NCBI GenBank assembly: GCA_963521715.1
Contig: CAUQVC010000001.1
Location: 6,179-70,178 of the forward strand
From: an uncultured Candidatus Saccharibacteria bacterium
GTDB lineage: Bacteria; Patescibacteriota; Saccharimonadia; Saccharimonadales; Saccharimonadaceae
DNA: 64,000 nucleotides
Reading direction: 5' to 3'
Part shown: positions 8,891 to 19,400 of the stretch, one piece after another
How positions within the stretch are numbered: the stretch's first letter is position 1
Layout of the letters: each line of letters opens with the position of its first letter
Made by a program: the position numbers and the translations under genes
Notes under the pieces: generated by a model
What the model was told of the DNA's origin: nothing
The model's input: only the letters and a program-made list of their open reading frames with translations
Databases searched by the model: none

Positions 8891-11215
8891 ATGAAGAAGA
8901 TAGTAGGATTGTTACTAAGCTTAACCTTTGCGGTCATTCTCTCTCAAGGGGCTGGAGCTTCAGGCTTTAATCCTGGTAGGATTATTGATGATGAAATCTT
9001 TTATGATTCACGAGCTATGGGTTCTGCGGCAGCAGTGCAGCGGTTTATTGAACAGCACACACCGGCGTGTGACACCTGGGGTACTGGACCTTCTGGCCAC
9101 GGCAATACCAAAGCACAGTACGCAGCACAGCGTGGCTGGCATGGTCCACCATACGTTTGTTTACAAAACTATTACGAAAATCCAAACAACGGCGAGACTT
9201 CCTTTGATCGTGGTGGCGGTGCCTTTCCTGGTGGCATCAATGCTGGTCAAATCATCTGGGATGCTGCGCAACGATATCAAATTAACCCACAAGTATTGTT
9301 GGTAACATTGAGAAAAGAATCGGCTGGTCCGTTGTTTGCCGACTCTTGGCCACTGCGGTCACAATACAAATATGCCATGGGTTATGGCTGTCCTGACAGT
9401 GGTCCAGGCTATTCTGCAAACTGTGATAATGAGAAAGCTGGCTTTTATAAGCAAGTAAATAAAGCTGCTTGGCAATTACGAAAATATCGCAACGAAATTC
9501 AAAACTATAACTATCAGCCGGGTCGAGTTAATAGAATTTTATATAATCCAAACCCTGCTTGTGGCTACCGAGATGTGTATATTGAAAATTACGCAACTGC
9601 CAGCCTGTATATCTATACACCATATGTACCAAATGATGCAGCACTGGCGGCTTATCCTGGCACGGCACACTGTGGAGCATACGGCAACCGCAACTTCTTC
9701 TATATGTTTAGGGAGTGGTTTGGTAGTACCCACGTCAACAGTACCTTGCTGAGGTCTCATGATAACGCAACAGTCTACCTGGTGTCGGATAATGTTAAAT
9801 ATCCGGTACCGAACTATGACATTTTGGCAGCTTTGTCTCCTCTGGGTGGTGTTGGTTTTGTGTCTCAAGAATACCTGGATAAAATTCCGACAGGTCAGGT
9901 AGCGAACCGATTGATGCGATCACCTGACGGTACGGTGTATTTCTATGATTCTGGCATCAGACTGGCATTTACAACCTGTGCCATGGTGGCGCAATACGGT
10001 ATGGATTGTGGCAATAGTATGTTACTGACTGAGGCACAAGTGAATAAATTCTATCATGGTCCGCGCATGGGACACGGCTATAAGACAACTAGTGGTAAGC
10101 GATTCTATATCCAAAACGGTACGCGCCGTGAAGTCTTGGATGACAAATCATTAGCTTTGCAACAATACGACCAGGGATATAATGTGCTGGGCGAATCAGC
10201 CATTCAATATCTGCCATATGGCACGCCAATCGTCAGAGAGGCAGCGGTCGTGAGAAATAGGGATACTGGTCATCAAAAACTGATCAGCAATGGTACGCTA
10301 CACAACATCAGGCACTCTGAATATGTTGATCAAACCTTACAATCACTTGGCGGCGGCGTGTTACAGCAGGAAAGTATCAATAAGCTACCTCAAACTAGCC
10401 AAACAGTCGATGATTATGTTAAAAACCCAGCCGGGGAAACCTTCCTTATCACCAATCAAGGTAAAAAGAAAGTCACCAAGCCACAAGACATACCAGTCAG
10501 TCCGTTGGCGCTGTCAGACGAAACAGTTCGTTCTTTGCCTGGAGCTGGAGCGCTGGACGATGTTGTAACCCTGAAATCGTCAGATAATGGCACGGTATAT
10601 GTCATGGAATCACGCCAGAAACGACCGATAGTTGCTATGGAAGATGTGTTTGCCATCACTAAGACTGAGCGACCAGCCATCGCCTGGTTGTCTGGTGAGA
10701 CTATTCGAAAGATTCCTTCAGGCAACGTGGTCTTTGCACCCGGTAAAATGGTAAAAGCACCCTCTAATGGTACGGTATATGTTTCTGATGGATACGACAC
10801 ACTCATCCCGCTGTCACACTTTGATCAAGCTGCTGATTTGGGTGTCAATGGCGCCATCCGCCAAGTTGATGACAGGGTGGTTGAAAAATACAAAGTCAGC
10901 AACCGAGTCTTGTCTCCATATGTTAGTTGCGAGGGCCGCAGTTACTTAGGAATGGGCGGTACATTATATGAATTACACCTACCGTCACAAAACCCATATC
11001 CACTACAAAGCAAAACATGCGCCATGCTGACCAAAGAAGCAAAAATGCCGCAGTTTGTGGGCGATCCAGGTGGTACAATCTATCATCTAAGGAACGGAAC
11101 TTTGCACCCGATTCGTAGCTGGCAAAAATTTGTTGAGCTGAATAAAGAAAAACTGCCTATCGTTAAGATTTCCTATATCACAGTTAGCCTACTAGCTAAG
11201 GGTGAACTCATATAG
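8891..11215 (+). CDS. Secreted protein with putative lysozyme-like N-terminal domain and repeated beta modules
   Basis: Signal peptide; INPQVLLVTLRKE, AMGYGCPD, LYIYTPY; repeats of (L/V)(R/K)SxDxGTVY. Confidence 0.65.
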   Translation: MKKIVGLLLSLTFAVILSQGAGASGFNPGRIIDDEIFYDSRAMGSAAAVQRFIEQHTPACDTWGTGPSGHGNTKAQYAAQRGWHGPPYVCLQNYYENPNNGETSFDRGGGAFPGGINAGQIIWDAAQRYQINPQVLLVTLRKESAGPLFADSWPLRSQYKYAMGYGCPDSGPGYSANCDNEKAGFYKQVNKAAWQLRKYRNEIQNYNYQPGRVNRILYNPNPACGYRDVYIENYATASLYIYTPYVPNDAALAAYPGTAHCGAYGNRNFFYMFREWFGSTHVNSTLLRSHDNATVYLVSDNVKYPVPNYDILAALSPLGGVGFVSQEYLDKIPTGQVANRLMRSPDGTVYFYDSGIRLAFTTCAMVAQYGMDCGNSMLLTEAQVNKFYHGPRMGHGYKTTSGKRFYIQNGTRREVLDDKSLALQQYDQGYNVLGESAIQYLPYGTPIVREAAVVRNRDTGHQKLISNGTLHNIRHSEYVDQTLQSLGGGVLQQESINKLPQTSQTVDDYVKNPAGETFLITNQGKKKVTKPQDIPVSPLALSDETVRSLPGAGALDDVVTLKSSDNGTVYVMESRQKRPIVAMEDVFAITKTERPAIAWLSGETIRKIPSGNVVFAPGKMVKAPSNGTVYVSDGYDTLIPLSHFDQAADLGVNGAIRQVDDRVVEKYKVSNRVLSPYVSCEGRSYLGMGGTLYELHLPSQNPYPLQSKTCAMLTKEAKMPQFVGDPGGTIYHLRNGTLHPIRSWQKFVELNKEKLPIVKISYITVSLLAKGELI

Positions 11216-11250
11216 CAAAACAGCGAACATGAGTGTATAATTAGTGCTAT

Positions 11251-12681
11251 ATGAAGACGGTGCGAGAGAAGCTTGATAGTGTCAAGAAAAAGTTAGTATT
11301 GCTGTGTAGTCAGCCGCATAAAATCTACCTTATAGTTGGGTTAATTGGTGCATTAGGCTTTGCGATCATCACCCCTCCATTTCAAGGTCCTGATGAGCCA
11401 GAGCATTATATTCGTGTGCAGTATATCGCACACGGATATGTTATACCAGTCAACCCAAAAAGCACTGGTGCTAGTTTGCCAAAATCTATTGGTGAGACGC
11501 TGAGACTAACGTTCTATGATGATGAGATTCGCGGTTTTTCAGCTAAAAAATATGATTTTAATCGCACTAAGCAAGCTGTTAAGAAATCGTTGAACCCAAG
11601 TGAGCGGTATCAACCGCCTATGGTTTCATACAATTTTCTAACCTATTTACCAGCTGTTCCAGGGGTATTTTTGGCTAACGTCTTTAATCTCAGCCCGGTT
11701 ATCTCTCTCTATATTGCACGAATACTATTAGCTTTAGCGTCAGTGGTAATAGTTTATTTTGCTATTAAACTATTACCAGGTAAAAAATATTTATTTACGT
11801 TTGTTGCGTTGTTGCCAATGATGTTATTCCAGCAGTCTATGGTAGGAACTGATGGAGTATCATACGCTTTACTGTTGTTATTCCTTGCATATGTACTGCG
11901 CTTATATACACAATCAACCGACATCCAGCGTAATCAATGGATTAAATTAGCTATGCTGTGCGGTGCGATCGTTTGGTCTAAACCGCTACTATATCTGTTT
12001 TTGCCATTGATCATTATTTTGGTAAAAAAGAAGCATTTTTGGCGTTGGTCGATTACCGCTGCAGTTATCAGTGTATTGCTGCTTGGAGCTAATATAGTGA
12101 TGGCGAACAATGCAGGAGAATATGAATACAGAAGTGATTCATTGCCTCAAAATATACAATCAGATAAACAATTACAGAATCTCAAAGAACATCCAAGACG
12201 AGGACCTCGTGTTTTGTGGAATTCATATATGACATCATTTGGTGATGATGAGGCTCGAGGTGTAATTGGTACTTTTGGTGCGGCCGATACATTATATCCA
12301 TTATGGATGGGTTATATATATATCTTTGTGTTAGGAATGACAGCAACGGTATCGTTAGGAAAGGACAAGAGTAAGCTTACTATCCCGAACTCTTGGCGTT
12401 GGTTAGCTGTAGGTTTGGCCGCGGTACACTTTGTTGCAGTTAATGTAGCTATCTATCTAACGTATACACCATATAACTTTGACATCATCTACGGGGTCCA
12501 GGGTCGCTATTTCTTGCCAACACTTATCATAATTTTCATGGCGATATTTTTGGGTCGAGGAGCTGAGCTAAAACCTCAAGATAAGAAAAATATCATCATG
12601 ATTTCATCGCTAATCATTTTGTTATTGGTGATAATGGCGCTATTGATAACGTTTCAGCGGTATTTCATGTATACCCCGTAA
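11251..12681 (+). CDS. DUF2142-family GT-C membrane glycosyltransferase
   Basis: TPPFQGPDEPEHY near the N-terminus, GVQGRYFLP near the C-terminus, multiple TM. Confidence 0.8.
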   Translation: MKTVREKLDSVKKKLVLLCSQPHKIYLIVGLIGALGFAIITPPFQGPDEPEHYIRVQYIAHGYVIPVNPKSTGASLPKSIGETLRLTFYDDEIRGFSAKKYDFNRTKQAVKKSLNPSERYQPPMVSYNFLTYLPAVPGVFLANVFNLSPVISLYIARILLALASVVIVYFAIKLLPGKKYLFTFVALLPMMLFQQSMVGTDGVSYALLLLFLAYVLRLYTQSTDIQRNQWIKLAMLCGAIVWSKPLLYLFLPLIIILVKKKHFWRWSITAAVISVLLLGANIVMANNAGEYEYRSDSLPQNIQSDKQLQNLKEHPRRGPRVLWNSYMTSFGDDEARGVIGTFGAADTLYPLWMGYIYIFVLGMTATVSLGKDKSKLTIPNSWRWLAVGLAAVHFVAVNVAIYLTYTPYNFDIIYGVQGRYFLPTLIIIFMAIFLGRGAELKPQDKKNIIMISSLIILLLVIMALLITFQRYFMYTP

Positions 12682-12695
12682 CGTGAGGCGACTGT

Positions 12696-13952
12696 ATGCA
12701 AAATATCAAAAAAGATTATCTCTGGAACTCGCTGGGTTCATTGCTACAGAGTGCGATCTCTCCGGTATTACTCATTGTCATCACTCGACTAAATGGCATT
12801 GACGATTCTGGACTGTTTTCGTTTGCGTTGTCACTTTCAGTGGTGTTTTGGGCGGTTTCTTTATGGGGTGGTCGGACCTATCAAGTGTCTGATGTTAAGC
12901 GGGAGTTTTCGAGTGGTGGATACGTCGCCGTACGCTTCATCGCATCACTTATTGTGGCGATTTCCGCAGTAGTATTCTGTGTGCTGAACGGCTATAACGC
13001 TACAAAAACAGGCTTAATTATGATTTTAGTGACCTTTAAAATCCTAGAATCAATTGCTGACTCGCTGTATGGTGTTTTACAAATTCATCATAAGTTATAT
13101 GTCGCTGGTATATCATTAACCATGAAAGCGATGCTTGGTTTTGCGGCGTTCATGGCGGTTGACATTGTCACCAAAAACGTCATATACGGTACGTTGGCGA
13201 TACTGCTGGTTAATGTGCTTATCATATTTCTCTACGATATACTTTGGGTGCGGCGCGTTGAAGTTATTAACGTAAGTAAAAAACTATGCAAAGAATATAT
13301 CGCTCAGGCTGTTGCTATCATGAAACACACTTCAGCGGTGTTTGTTGTGATGTTTTTGACGATGTTTTCACTCAATATCCCACGGTATTTTTTAGATAAA
13401 TCGCATCCTGACCAGATTGGTTATTTTGGTATTATGGCGATGCCGATTACGCTTCTTGGACTCTTTATCTCGTTTATCATTCAGCCAAATGTAGTGAATC
13501 TATCTGAACTATTAGTAAAAAGAAAGTTAAAAGAATTTGCGCAAGTTGTTAGTAAAATTAATCACATAACTTTTGGCATAGGAGTGCTTTCGGTTGTTCT
13601 GAGTTATTTGGTTGGTGTTTGGGTGCTTAATACTATTTTTGGCATCAATATTAATAATTTCCAACTCGATTTAACAATTATGGTGATTGGTGCGGCGGCG
13701 AATGCTTTCGTGTCGATTTATGTTAATTTGCTGATCATTATGCGTCGGTTTAAGGGACAGTTTTATACACTACTACTCACGGATATTTTGGCGGTAGTGG
13801 TGTCTATGTGTTTGATTGAGCGATTAGCGATGTTGGGTAGTGTGTTGGTTTTTATGATGATTAGCTTGTTGCAAGTGACACTTCTGTTAGTTATCTACAA
13901 GCGATCGCTAAAAGATGCTATAATAACTGACAAAGATAAAGGGGAGTTATGA
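12696..13952 (+). CDS. Wzx-like oligosaccharide flippase
   Basis: About 12 TM; WNSLGS, GGRTYQVSD, NIPRYF; glycan-locus context. Confidence 0.75.
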   Translation: MQNIKKDYLWNSLGSLLQSAISPVLLIVITRLNGIDDSGLFSFALSLSVVFWAVSLWGGRTYQVSDVKREFSSGGYVAVRFIASLIVAISAVVFCVLNGYNATKTGLIMILVTFKILESIADSLYGVLQIHHKLYVAGISLTMKAMLGFAAFMAVDIVTKNVIYGTLAILLVNVLIIFLYDILWVRRVEVINVSKKLCKEYIAQAVAIMKHTSAVFVVMFLTMFSLNIPRYFLDKSHPDQIGYFGIMAMPITLLGLFISFIIQPNVVNLSELLVKRKLKEFAQVVSKINHITFGIGVLSVVLSYLVGVWVLNTIFGININNFQLDLTIMVIGAAANAFVSIYVNLLIIMRRFKGQFYTLLLTDILAVVVSMCLIERLAMLGSVLVFMMISLLQVTLLLVIYKRSLKDAIITDKDKGEL

Positions 13953-14806
13953 GTAAGAAATACGTAATTTTAGGAGCAGGTGGACAACTAGGTAAGGCGT
14001 TGTGTGCCATGTTTCCAGACGCTAAGGCATTATCACGAGAAGAGTTGGATATAGCCGATGAGGAGCAAGTAAAGGCCTTTGACTGGTCAAAATACGACGT
14101 TATCATCAATGCAGCAGCTTTGGTTAATGCCGATGGTTCTGAGACAGACGAGCTGCGTGCTAAGACATGGCTAGCTAATGCTTATGGTCCACGTAACCTC
14201 GCTAAAATTGCGATTGAACAAAACAAAACCCTTGTCCACTATTCGTCAGATTATGTTTGGGATGGCCGAGAGAAGAATCATACAGATGATGAAGTTGTTG
14301 CACCACTATTGGTTTATGGAGAAAGTAAGGCGGCAGGTGATTTGGTGGTTAGTTTGGCGCCAAAACACTACATCATGCGAGTGTCATGGGTCGTTGGTGA
14401 CGGCCACAATATGCCAAAAACCATGAAAAACTTGGCGGATATGCGCATCAATCCAAAAGTGGTTAATGATCAATTTGGTCGGTTGACGTTTGCGTCAGAG
14501 ATCGCTCGAGCTACCAAGTATTTTTTGGATAATAATGTGGCGTACGGACTATATAATGTATCAAATAGTGGTCCAGTCAAGTCATGGTATGAAATTGCTG
14601 CCGATGTTTTTGAATATGCTGGACATGACCGTAACCGTGTGCAGCCGATTTCCACCGAGGAATATGCAGCCAGTAAACCAGGCTTTGCGCCACGACCGCT
14701 CAACAGTGATATGGATTTGTCGAAGTTGCGTCGAGCGGGTTTCACACCAAGAGACTATACGGACATGTTGAAAGACTACATTAAACAACTGCCGGTTAAT
14801 GGATAG
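13949..14806 (+). CDS. rfbD: dTDP-4-dehydrorhamnose reductase (copy 1)
   Basis: GAGGQLG, INAAA, SSDYVWDG, YGESK, VNDQFGRLTF. Confidence 0.88.
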   Translation: MSKKYVILGAGGQLGKALCAMFPDAKALSREELDIADEEQVKAFDWSKYDVIINAAALVNADGSETDELRAKTWLANAYGPRNLAKIAIEQNKTLVHYSSDYVWDGREKNHTDDEVVAPLLVYGESKAAGDLVVSLAPKHYIMRVSWVVGDGHNMPKTMKNLADMRINPKVVNDQFGRLTFASEIARATKYFLDNNVAYGLYNVSNSGPVKSWYEIAADVFEYAGHDRNRVQPISTEEYAASKPGFAPRPLNSDMDLSKLRRAGFTPRDYTDMLKDYIKQLPVNG

Positions 14807-14817
14807 GAATTGCAGGC

Positions 14818-15801
14818 ATGAATAAAGGAACTCTAAACGTTATATACCAGAGTGATGACAACTATGCCGTAGTTAGTGCAATCTCCATTGTGTCACTTTT
14901 GGAAAACAACAAACACTTGAAAGAGGTTAATATTTTTTATCTCGGACACCAGCTCAAAAAAGCTAGCATCAATAAGTTTAATAAAATGGTTGGTAACTAC
15001 CAAAATGCCACAATCACGTTTGTTGATGTCTCAAGCTACCCTGATGAACTGAAAGAGATCGGCGTCAAGGCGTGGAAGGGGCTGTATATCACATGGTATA
15101 AAATGCTGGCGTTTGCCAAGCTTGATATCAAAACAGACCGAATCTTGTACATTAACCCACACACGGTTATCAGCGGTGCGCTCGATGGTCTTTTGGAACT
15201 TGATTTTGAAGATAATGTAATGGCATTGTCATATGACGCTACTATGGTAAACGCACATAAAGAGGTCATCGGTTTGAAACCAACCGACGGCTACTTTAAC
15301 TGCGGAATTATGCTGATTAATCACAAAAAATGGATGAAAGATAAGATTGATGCTAAGATGCGCGAACATCTGCGACACAATCATTATGAGGTGGCTGATC
15401 AAGATCTATGTAATGTATTTTTCAAAGGCAAGATCAAGAAGGTTGGTGTGGAGTATAACTTTTCGACCGTTTTCTATGGCTATGACATTAAAAAATACAT
15501 TAAAGCTAACGGTTTCTTACCCGAAAGCTTTTATAGCTATGATGAGATCATGGAGAGTTACTACACACCGAAGATTATTCACTCACAGTTTGGTATGAAT
15601 GGTCGACCATGGCAGCAAGGTAATGAAAACCCAGTTGGTATTTTGTGGCGTAAGTATCTACATCTGACGCCGTGGAAAAATACTACGATGCCAGTAGCCA
15701 AGAAGGATATGAACTGGCGACTATATGACTTATTGCCACAATCAATAATTGTTAAACTGTACGCCTGGGCGGTTAATCGCAAATTTGCGAGGAAGAAATG
15801 A
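14818..15801 (+). CDS. GT8 glycosyltransferase with atypical DXD site
   Basis: DDNYA...SLLENN, YFNCGIMLIN, DQDLCN, IIH...RPW; DXD position reads YINPH. Confidence 0.8.
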   Translation: MNKGTLNVIYQSDDNYAVVSAISIVSLLENNKHLKEVNIFYLGHQLKKASINKFNKMVGNYQNATITFVDVSSYPDELKEIGVKAWKGLYITWYKMLAFAKLDIKTDRILYINPHTVISGALDGLLELDFEDNVMALSYDATMVNAHKEVIGLKPTDGYFNCGIMLINHKKWMKDKIDAKMREHLRHNHYEVADQDLCNVFFKGKIKKVGVEYNFSTVFYGYDIKKYIKANGFLPESFYSYDEIMESYYTPKIIHSQFGMNGRPWQQGNENPVGILWRKYLHLTPWKNTTMPVAKKDMNWRLYDLLPQSIIVKLYAWAVNRKFARKK

Positions 15802-16595
15802 TGAGCAGTAAATCGCAGCACACTTTTGTTGTTTTAGCCTATAAAGAATCACCATTTTTGGAAGACTGTATTAAATCTGTGATGAATCAGCAATACAACA
15901 GTGATGTTGTAATTGCTACATCAACACCAAATGATTTCATTGATGCTATCGCTAAAAAGTATGGCTTAAAAGTAATTGCTCGACCAGAAAAAGACAGGGG
16001 TAAAGGTGCAGCAAGTGATTTTGATTTTGGGCTGTCAGTTTCTAAGACGTTTCTCACCACCGTCGCTAACCACGATGAGATATATGACTATAATTATTCT
16101 TCAGAGGTGGTTGCGTACTATGAAAAACATCAAGATAGTTGCATTATCTTTACTAGGGCGTATGACATCAAAGGCAATTTTGCGGTGACTAAATCTCTAA
16201 ATTTAGTTATTAAAAATATGCTCTGCTGGCCGCTGGCGATTTCCAAAAAAAGTCGATTTACTAAGAGATTGCTTCTGTCTTTTGGTGATCCAATTTGCTG
16301 TCCAGCCGTAACTTTTGTAAAAGGTCACTACAAGCTTCCAGTTTTTGAATCTGATTTGATAGCAACGTTTGATTATTGGGCGTGGGAAAAATTGTCGAAA
16401 AATACCTATGGCTTTGGGTATATCAAAAAATCGCTAATGGGTCATCGTATTCACGAAGGTTCAATTACCACCAAAGCGATTGGCGACAATGCCCGTGCCA
16501 GAGAAGAGTATATGATCTTGTCAAAGTTTTGGCCTAAACCAATAGCTAAAATCATCTCATCAGTATATCGACTTAGTGAGCGGAGTAACGGGTGA
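15798..16595 (+). CDS. GT2 glycosyltransferase
   Basis: HTFVVLAYKESPFLEDCI, IATSTPN, GDPICCPAVT, HRIHEGS. Confidence 0.8.
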   Translation: MMSSKSQHTFVVLAYKESPFLEDCIKSVMNQQYNSDVVIATSTPNDFIDAIAKKYGLKVIARPEKDRGKGAASDFDFGLSVSKTFLTTVANHDEIYDYNYSSEVVAYYEKHQDSCIIFTRAYDIKGNFAVTKSLNLVIKNMLCWPLAISKKSRFTKRLLLSFGDPICCPAVTFVKGHYKLPVFESDLIATFDYWAWEKLSKNTYGFGYIKKSLMGHRIHEGSITTKAIGDNARAREEYMILSKFWPKPIAKIISSVYRLSERSNG

Positions 16596-17386
16596 AAATT
16601 GCCATCACTGGAGCAAGTGGATATATTGGGCGTCACATTGCTGCGCTAGCTAAAAAGAATGGCCACGAGATAATAGCTATTGATAGATCGAGCGATATCG
16701 ATATTTTTGCTCAACACGACAATATATTTGAAGCGTTACAAAAACCTGATGTTCTACTGCATTTAGCCTGGCGAGATGGCTTTCAGCATAATTCACCAGA
16801 ACATATGAAAAATCTCTCTCATCACTACGAGTTCTTGCGGTCATATATCAACGGTGGCGGCAAGAATGTGGCGGTGATGGGTAGCATGCATGAGGTTGGG
16901 TACTGGGAAGGCGCAATCGATGAGCAGACACCGTGCGATCCGCTGTCTCAATACGGTGTTGCCAAAAATGCCTTGCGGCAAAGTATGATGCTGCTCGCAA
17001 AAGATAGCGATATTAGCTTATATTGGCTGCGTGGTTTTTATATCTATGGCGATGATATGGGCGGCCACTCGATATTTTCCAAAATCGCACAAGCTGCTGC
17101 TGACGGTAAAACCGAATTTCCTTTCACGACAGGCAAAAATAAATATGATTTTTTGCATATTGATGAATTTTCGGATCAAGTGTTAGCGACTATCACTCAA
17201 GATAAGGTAACGGGAATAATCAATATTTGTTCTGGCAAACCAGTTAGTCTAGCTGAGCGGGTTGAACAATACATACAAGACAATCATTATCATATCAAAT
17301 TGCAGTATGGAGCGTTTCCGGACAGGCCGTATGATTCGCCGGCAGTTTGGGGTGATGACTCAAAAATAAGAATGATTACAGGCTAG
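16592..17386 (+). CDS. tll: NAD(P)-dependent SDR, Tll-like dTDP-6-deoxy-L-talose-forming reductase
   Basis: TGASGYIG, HLAWRDGFQHN, GSMHEVGYW, YGVAK, WLRGFYIYGDD, CSGKPVSL, PDRPYDSPAVWGD resemble Tll as I recall it. Confidence 0.6.
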   Translation: MKIAITGASGYIGRHIAALAKKNGHEIIAIDRSSDIDIFAQHDNIFEALQKPDVLLHLAWRDGFQHNSPEHMKNLSHHYEFLRSYINGGGKNVAVMGSMHEVGYWEGAIDEQTPCDPLSQYGVAKNALRQSMMLLAKDSDISLYWLRGFYIYGDDMGGHSIFSKIAQAAADGKTEFPFTTGKNKYDFLHIDEFSDQVLATITQDKVTGIINICSGKPVSLAERVEQYIQDNHYHIKLQYGAFPDRPYDSPAVWGDDSKIRMITG

Positions 17387-17395
17387 ATAATACAC

Positions 17396-17746
17396 CTATT
17401 TTTTAGACAATCTGATCGATAATTCTTGATGTAAGTCACGCAGCCTACGTTCGTTTTGGTCGATACGTTGGCGCTGTGTATTGGCGATATAGAACAGGAG
17501 GATGATAGTGGTAGTTTGTAGGATATCAAACAAGCTTAATTCTGATGAATCAAGCGGCGGATGTCCAAGTGAAATGTTATACATCGGGAATGAACCCACC
17601 AAAACAACCATGATAACCAACCAGATAATGAGCTGATGGCGAAAGCGTGCCGTGCTGACCTTGCGTAGTTTGTATTGAGTGATGATATTGATTAGTGCTG
17701 CCAGGATAATGGGCACGTTGAGTAGTACAAGGATAAGATATCTCAT
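17396..17746 (-). CDS. Small membrane protein, DUF2304-like
   Basis: 3 TM plus C-terminal coil ERRLRDLHQELSI; translationally coupled to a DPM1-like GT2. Confidence 0.65.
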   Translation of the reverse strand: MRYLILVLLNVPIILAALINIITQYKLRKVSTARFRHQLIIWLVIMVVLVGSFPMYNISLGHPPLDSSELSLFDILQTTTIILLFYIANTQRQRIDQNERRLRDLHQELSIRLSKK

Positions 17747-18447
17747 TCGAATAGCTCCATTAAGCGTTGCTTGAATAGTCGTTTGACGATGTTAATAGCA
17801 TTCCAGTTGTTTTGACCTTTGGCGCGGGAGTATTCAGTATAGATTGCTTTAATCGGGTATTCGGAAATAACCATACCTGCTTGTTTGGCACGCCAAATCA
17901 TTTCTGAGCAAAACTCGTAGCCAGTTGATTTCCAGTCGAGGTTATCAATTGCCTTTCGCGAGTAAACCCGTAGACCAGACTGTGAATCGGTAACATTGAT
18001 GCCAAACAGAGCGTAGGTGATGAAACTGAGACCTTTATTTCCTAAAACTTTAGTCCTAGACATACCCTCACTGTTGATAAGTCGGCTACCAATAAGTAAA
18101 TCTACGTCAGATTTATCGCTTTGCCGAATGCCCGCCAAAACATCCTCTGGGTCGTGTTGTCCATCAGCATCCATGGTAGCCGCGATATCATAACCGTTTT
18201 GTCGTGCGTAGGTAAGGCCGGTTAGCGTAGCACCGCCAGCTCCAGAGTTTAAGATGTGATCAATGACGATCGCACCACTTTTTTGTGCTTGCTTAAGTGT
18301 GTCGTCTTTTGATCCATCATTGACAAGCACAATATCAATAGCGTAGGACTTGTGTGCTTTTGAAAAAACCTTCTTAGATTTCTTGATAACGTCCTGAATA
18401 ACCGCGCCCTCGTTGTAGGCAGGTATGATAACACAAACTCGTTTCAT
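17743..18447 (-). CDS. DPM1-like GT2 (polyprenol-phosphate sugar synthase)
   Basis: IIPAYNE, VNDGSKD, MDADGQH, IGSR, TDSQSGLR. Confidence 0.9.
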   Translation of the reverse strand: MKRVCVIIPAYNEGAVIQDVIKKSKKVFSKAHKSYAIDIVLVNDGSKDDTLKQAQKSGAIVIDHILNSGAGGATLTGLTYARQNGYDIAATMDADGQHDPEDVLAGIRQSDKSDVDLLIGSRLINSEGMSRTKVLGNKGLSFITYALFGINVTDSQSGLRVYSRKAIDNLDWKSTGYEFCSEMIWRAKQAGMVISEYPIKAIYTEYSRAKGQNNWNAINIVKRLFKQRLMELFE

Positions 18448-18457
18448 GCTAGCTATA

Positions 18458-19315
18458 TTATAACAACCTTGTGAAATAGTTACTATATCCAGATTTTTTC
18501 AGTGGTTCAGCGAGTGTGTCAAGCTGTTCTCGGCTGATCCAGCCATTTTTAAAGGCAGTTTTTTCCGGACTACCAATGATGCGACCAGTCCGTTTTTGGA
18601 TGACACGAACAAAATCAGAGGCATCGGTCAGGCTGTCAATCGTTCCGGTGTCCAGCCAAACGTCACCGTTGTCTAGGGTCTGAACCTGTAGTTTGCCGCG
18701 GCGCAAGTATTCAGCATTGATGGAGGTAATTTCTAACTCACCGCGGTCAGATGGTTTGACGTTCTTGGCGATTTCGACTACATCATTATCGTAGAAATAC
18801 AAACCAACAACAGCAAAGTTTGACTTTGGCTCGGCCGGTTTTTCTTCGATGGAGATAGCTTGGTTTTGCTCATCAAACTCGACGACACCGTATCGTTCTG
18901 GGTCAGACACTTTGTAAGCAAAAACCGTACCGCCGTCAGGATTGGTGCATTCTTGCAGCGATTCGTCTAGTCGCTCGCCGTGGAAGATGTTATCTCCCAG
19001 AACCAACGCCACCTTATCGTCGCCTATGAACTCTTCACCGATGATAAAGGCTTGTGCGAGGCCATCTGGGCTGGGTTGAACGGCATATTCGAGGTTAATA
19101 CCCCATTGTGAACCGTCGCCAAGCAGTCGTTGGAAGCCAGCTTGGTCGTCTGGTGTGGTGATTATCAAAATGTCGCGAATTCCTGCCTGCATCAGTGTGG
19201 TAAGCGGATAATAAATCATCGGCTTGTCATATATTGGCATTAATTGCTTACTAATTGCCTGAGTAATTGGCCAAAGGCGCGTCCCAGATCCACCTGCTAA
19301 AATTATTCCTTTCAT
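18458..19315 (-). CDS. rfbA: Glucose-1-phosphate thymidylyltransferase
   Basis: [43 protein letters not shown] 19315 behind AGGAGG. Confidence 0.98.
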   Translation of the reverse strand: MKGIILAGGSGTRLWPITQAISKQLMPIYDKPMIYYPLTTLMQAGIRDILIITTPDDQAGFQRLLGDGSQWGINLEYAVQPSPDGLAQAFIIGEEFIGDDKVALVLGDNIFHGERLDESLQECTNPDGGTVFAYKVSDPERYGVVEFDEQNQAISIEEKPAEPKSNFAVVGLYFYDNDVVEIAKNVKPSDRGELEITSINAEYLRRGKLQVQTLDNGDVWLDTGTIDSLTDASDFVRVIQKRTGRIIGSPEKTAFKNGWISREQLDTLAEPLKKSGYSNYFTRLL

Positions 19316-19361
19316 AAACCTCCTACTTTCTAATAATAAGTATAACAAATAGATTAGCTAA

Positions 19362-19390
19362 TTGACAAAAATACAAAAATCAGCTATAAT
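19362..19390 (+). promoter_or_regulatory. Consensus sigma70 promoter
   Basis: TTGACA(19362-67)-17 nt-TATAAT(19385-90). Confidence 0.85.
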
Positions 19391-19400
19391 GCGGTTAATT

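Noticed and set aside
11223..11240. CGAACATGAGTGTA (and AGAACATATATGAA at about 31468) as SOS boxes
   Set aside because: Only the GAAC half matches GAAC-N4-GTTC; insufficient without a known motif for this lineage
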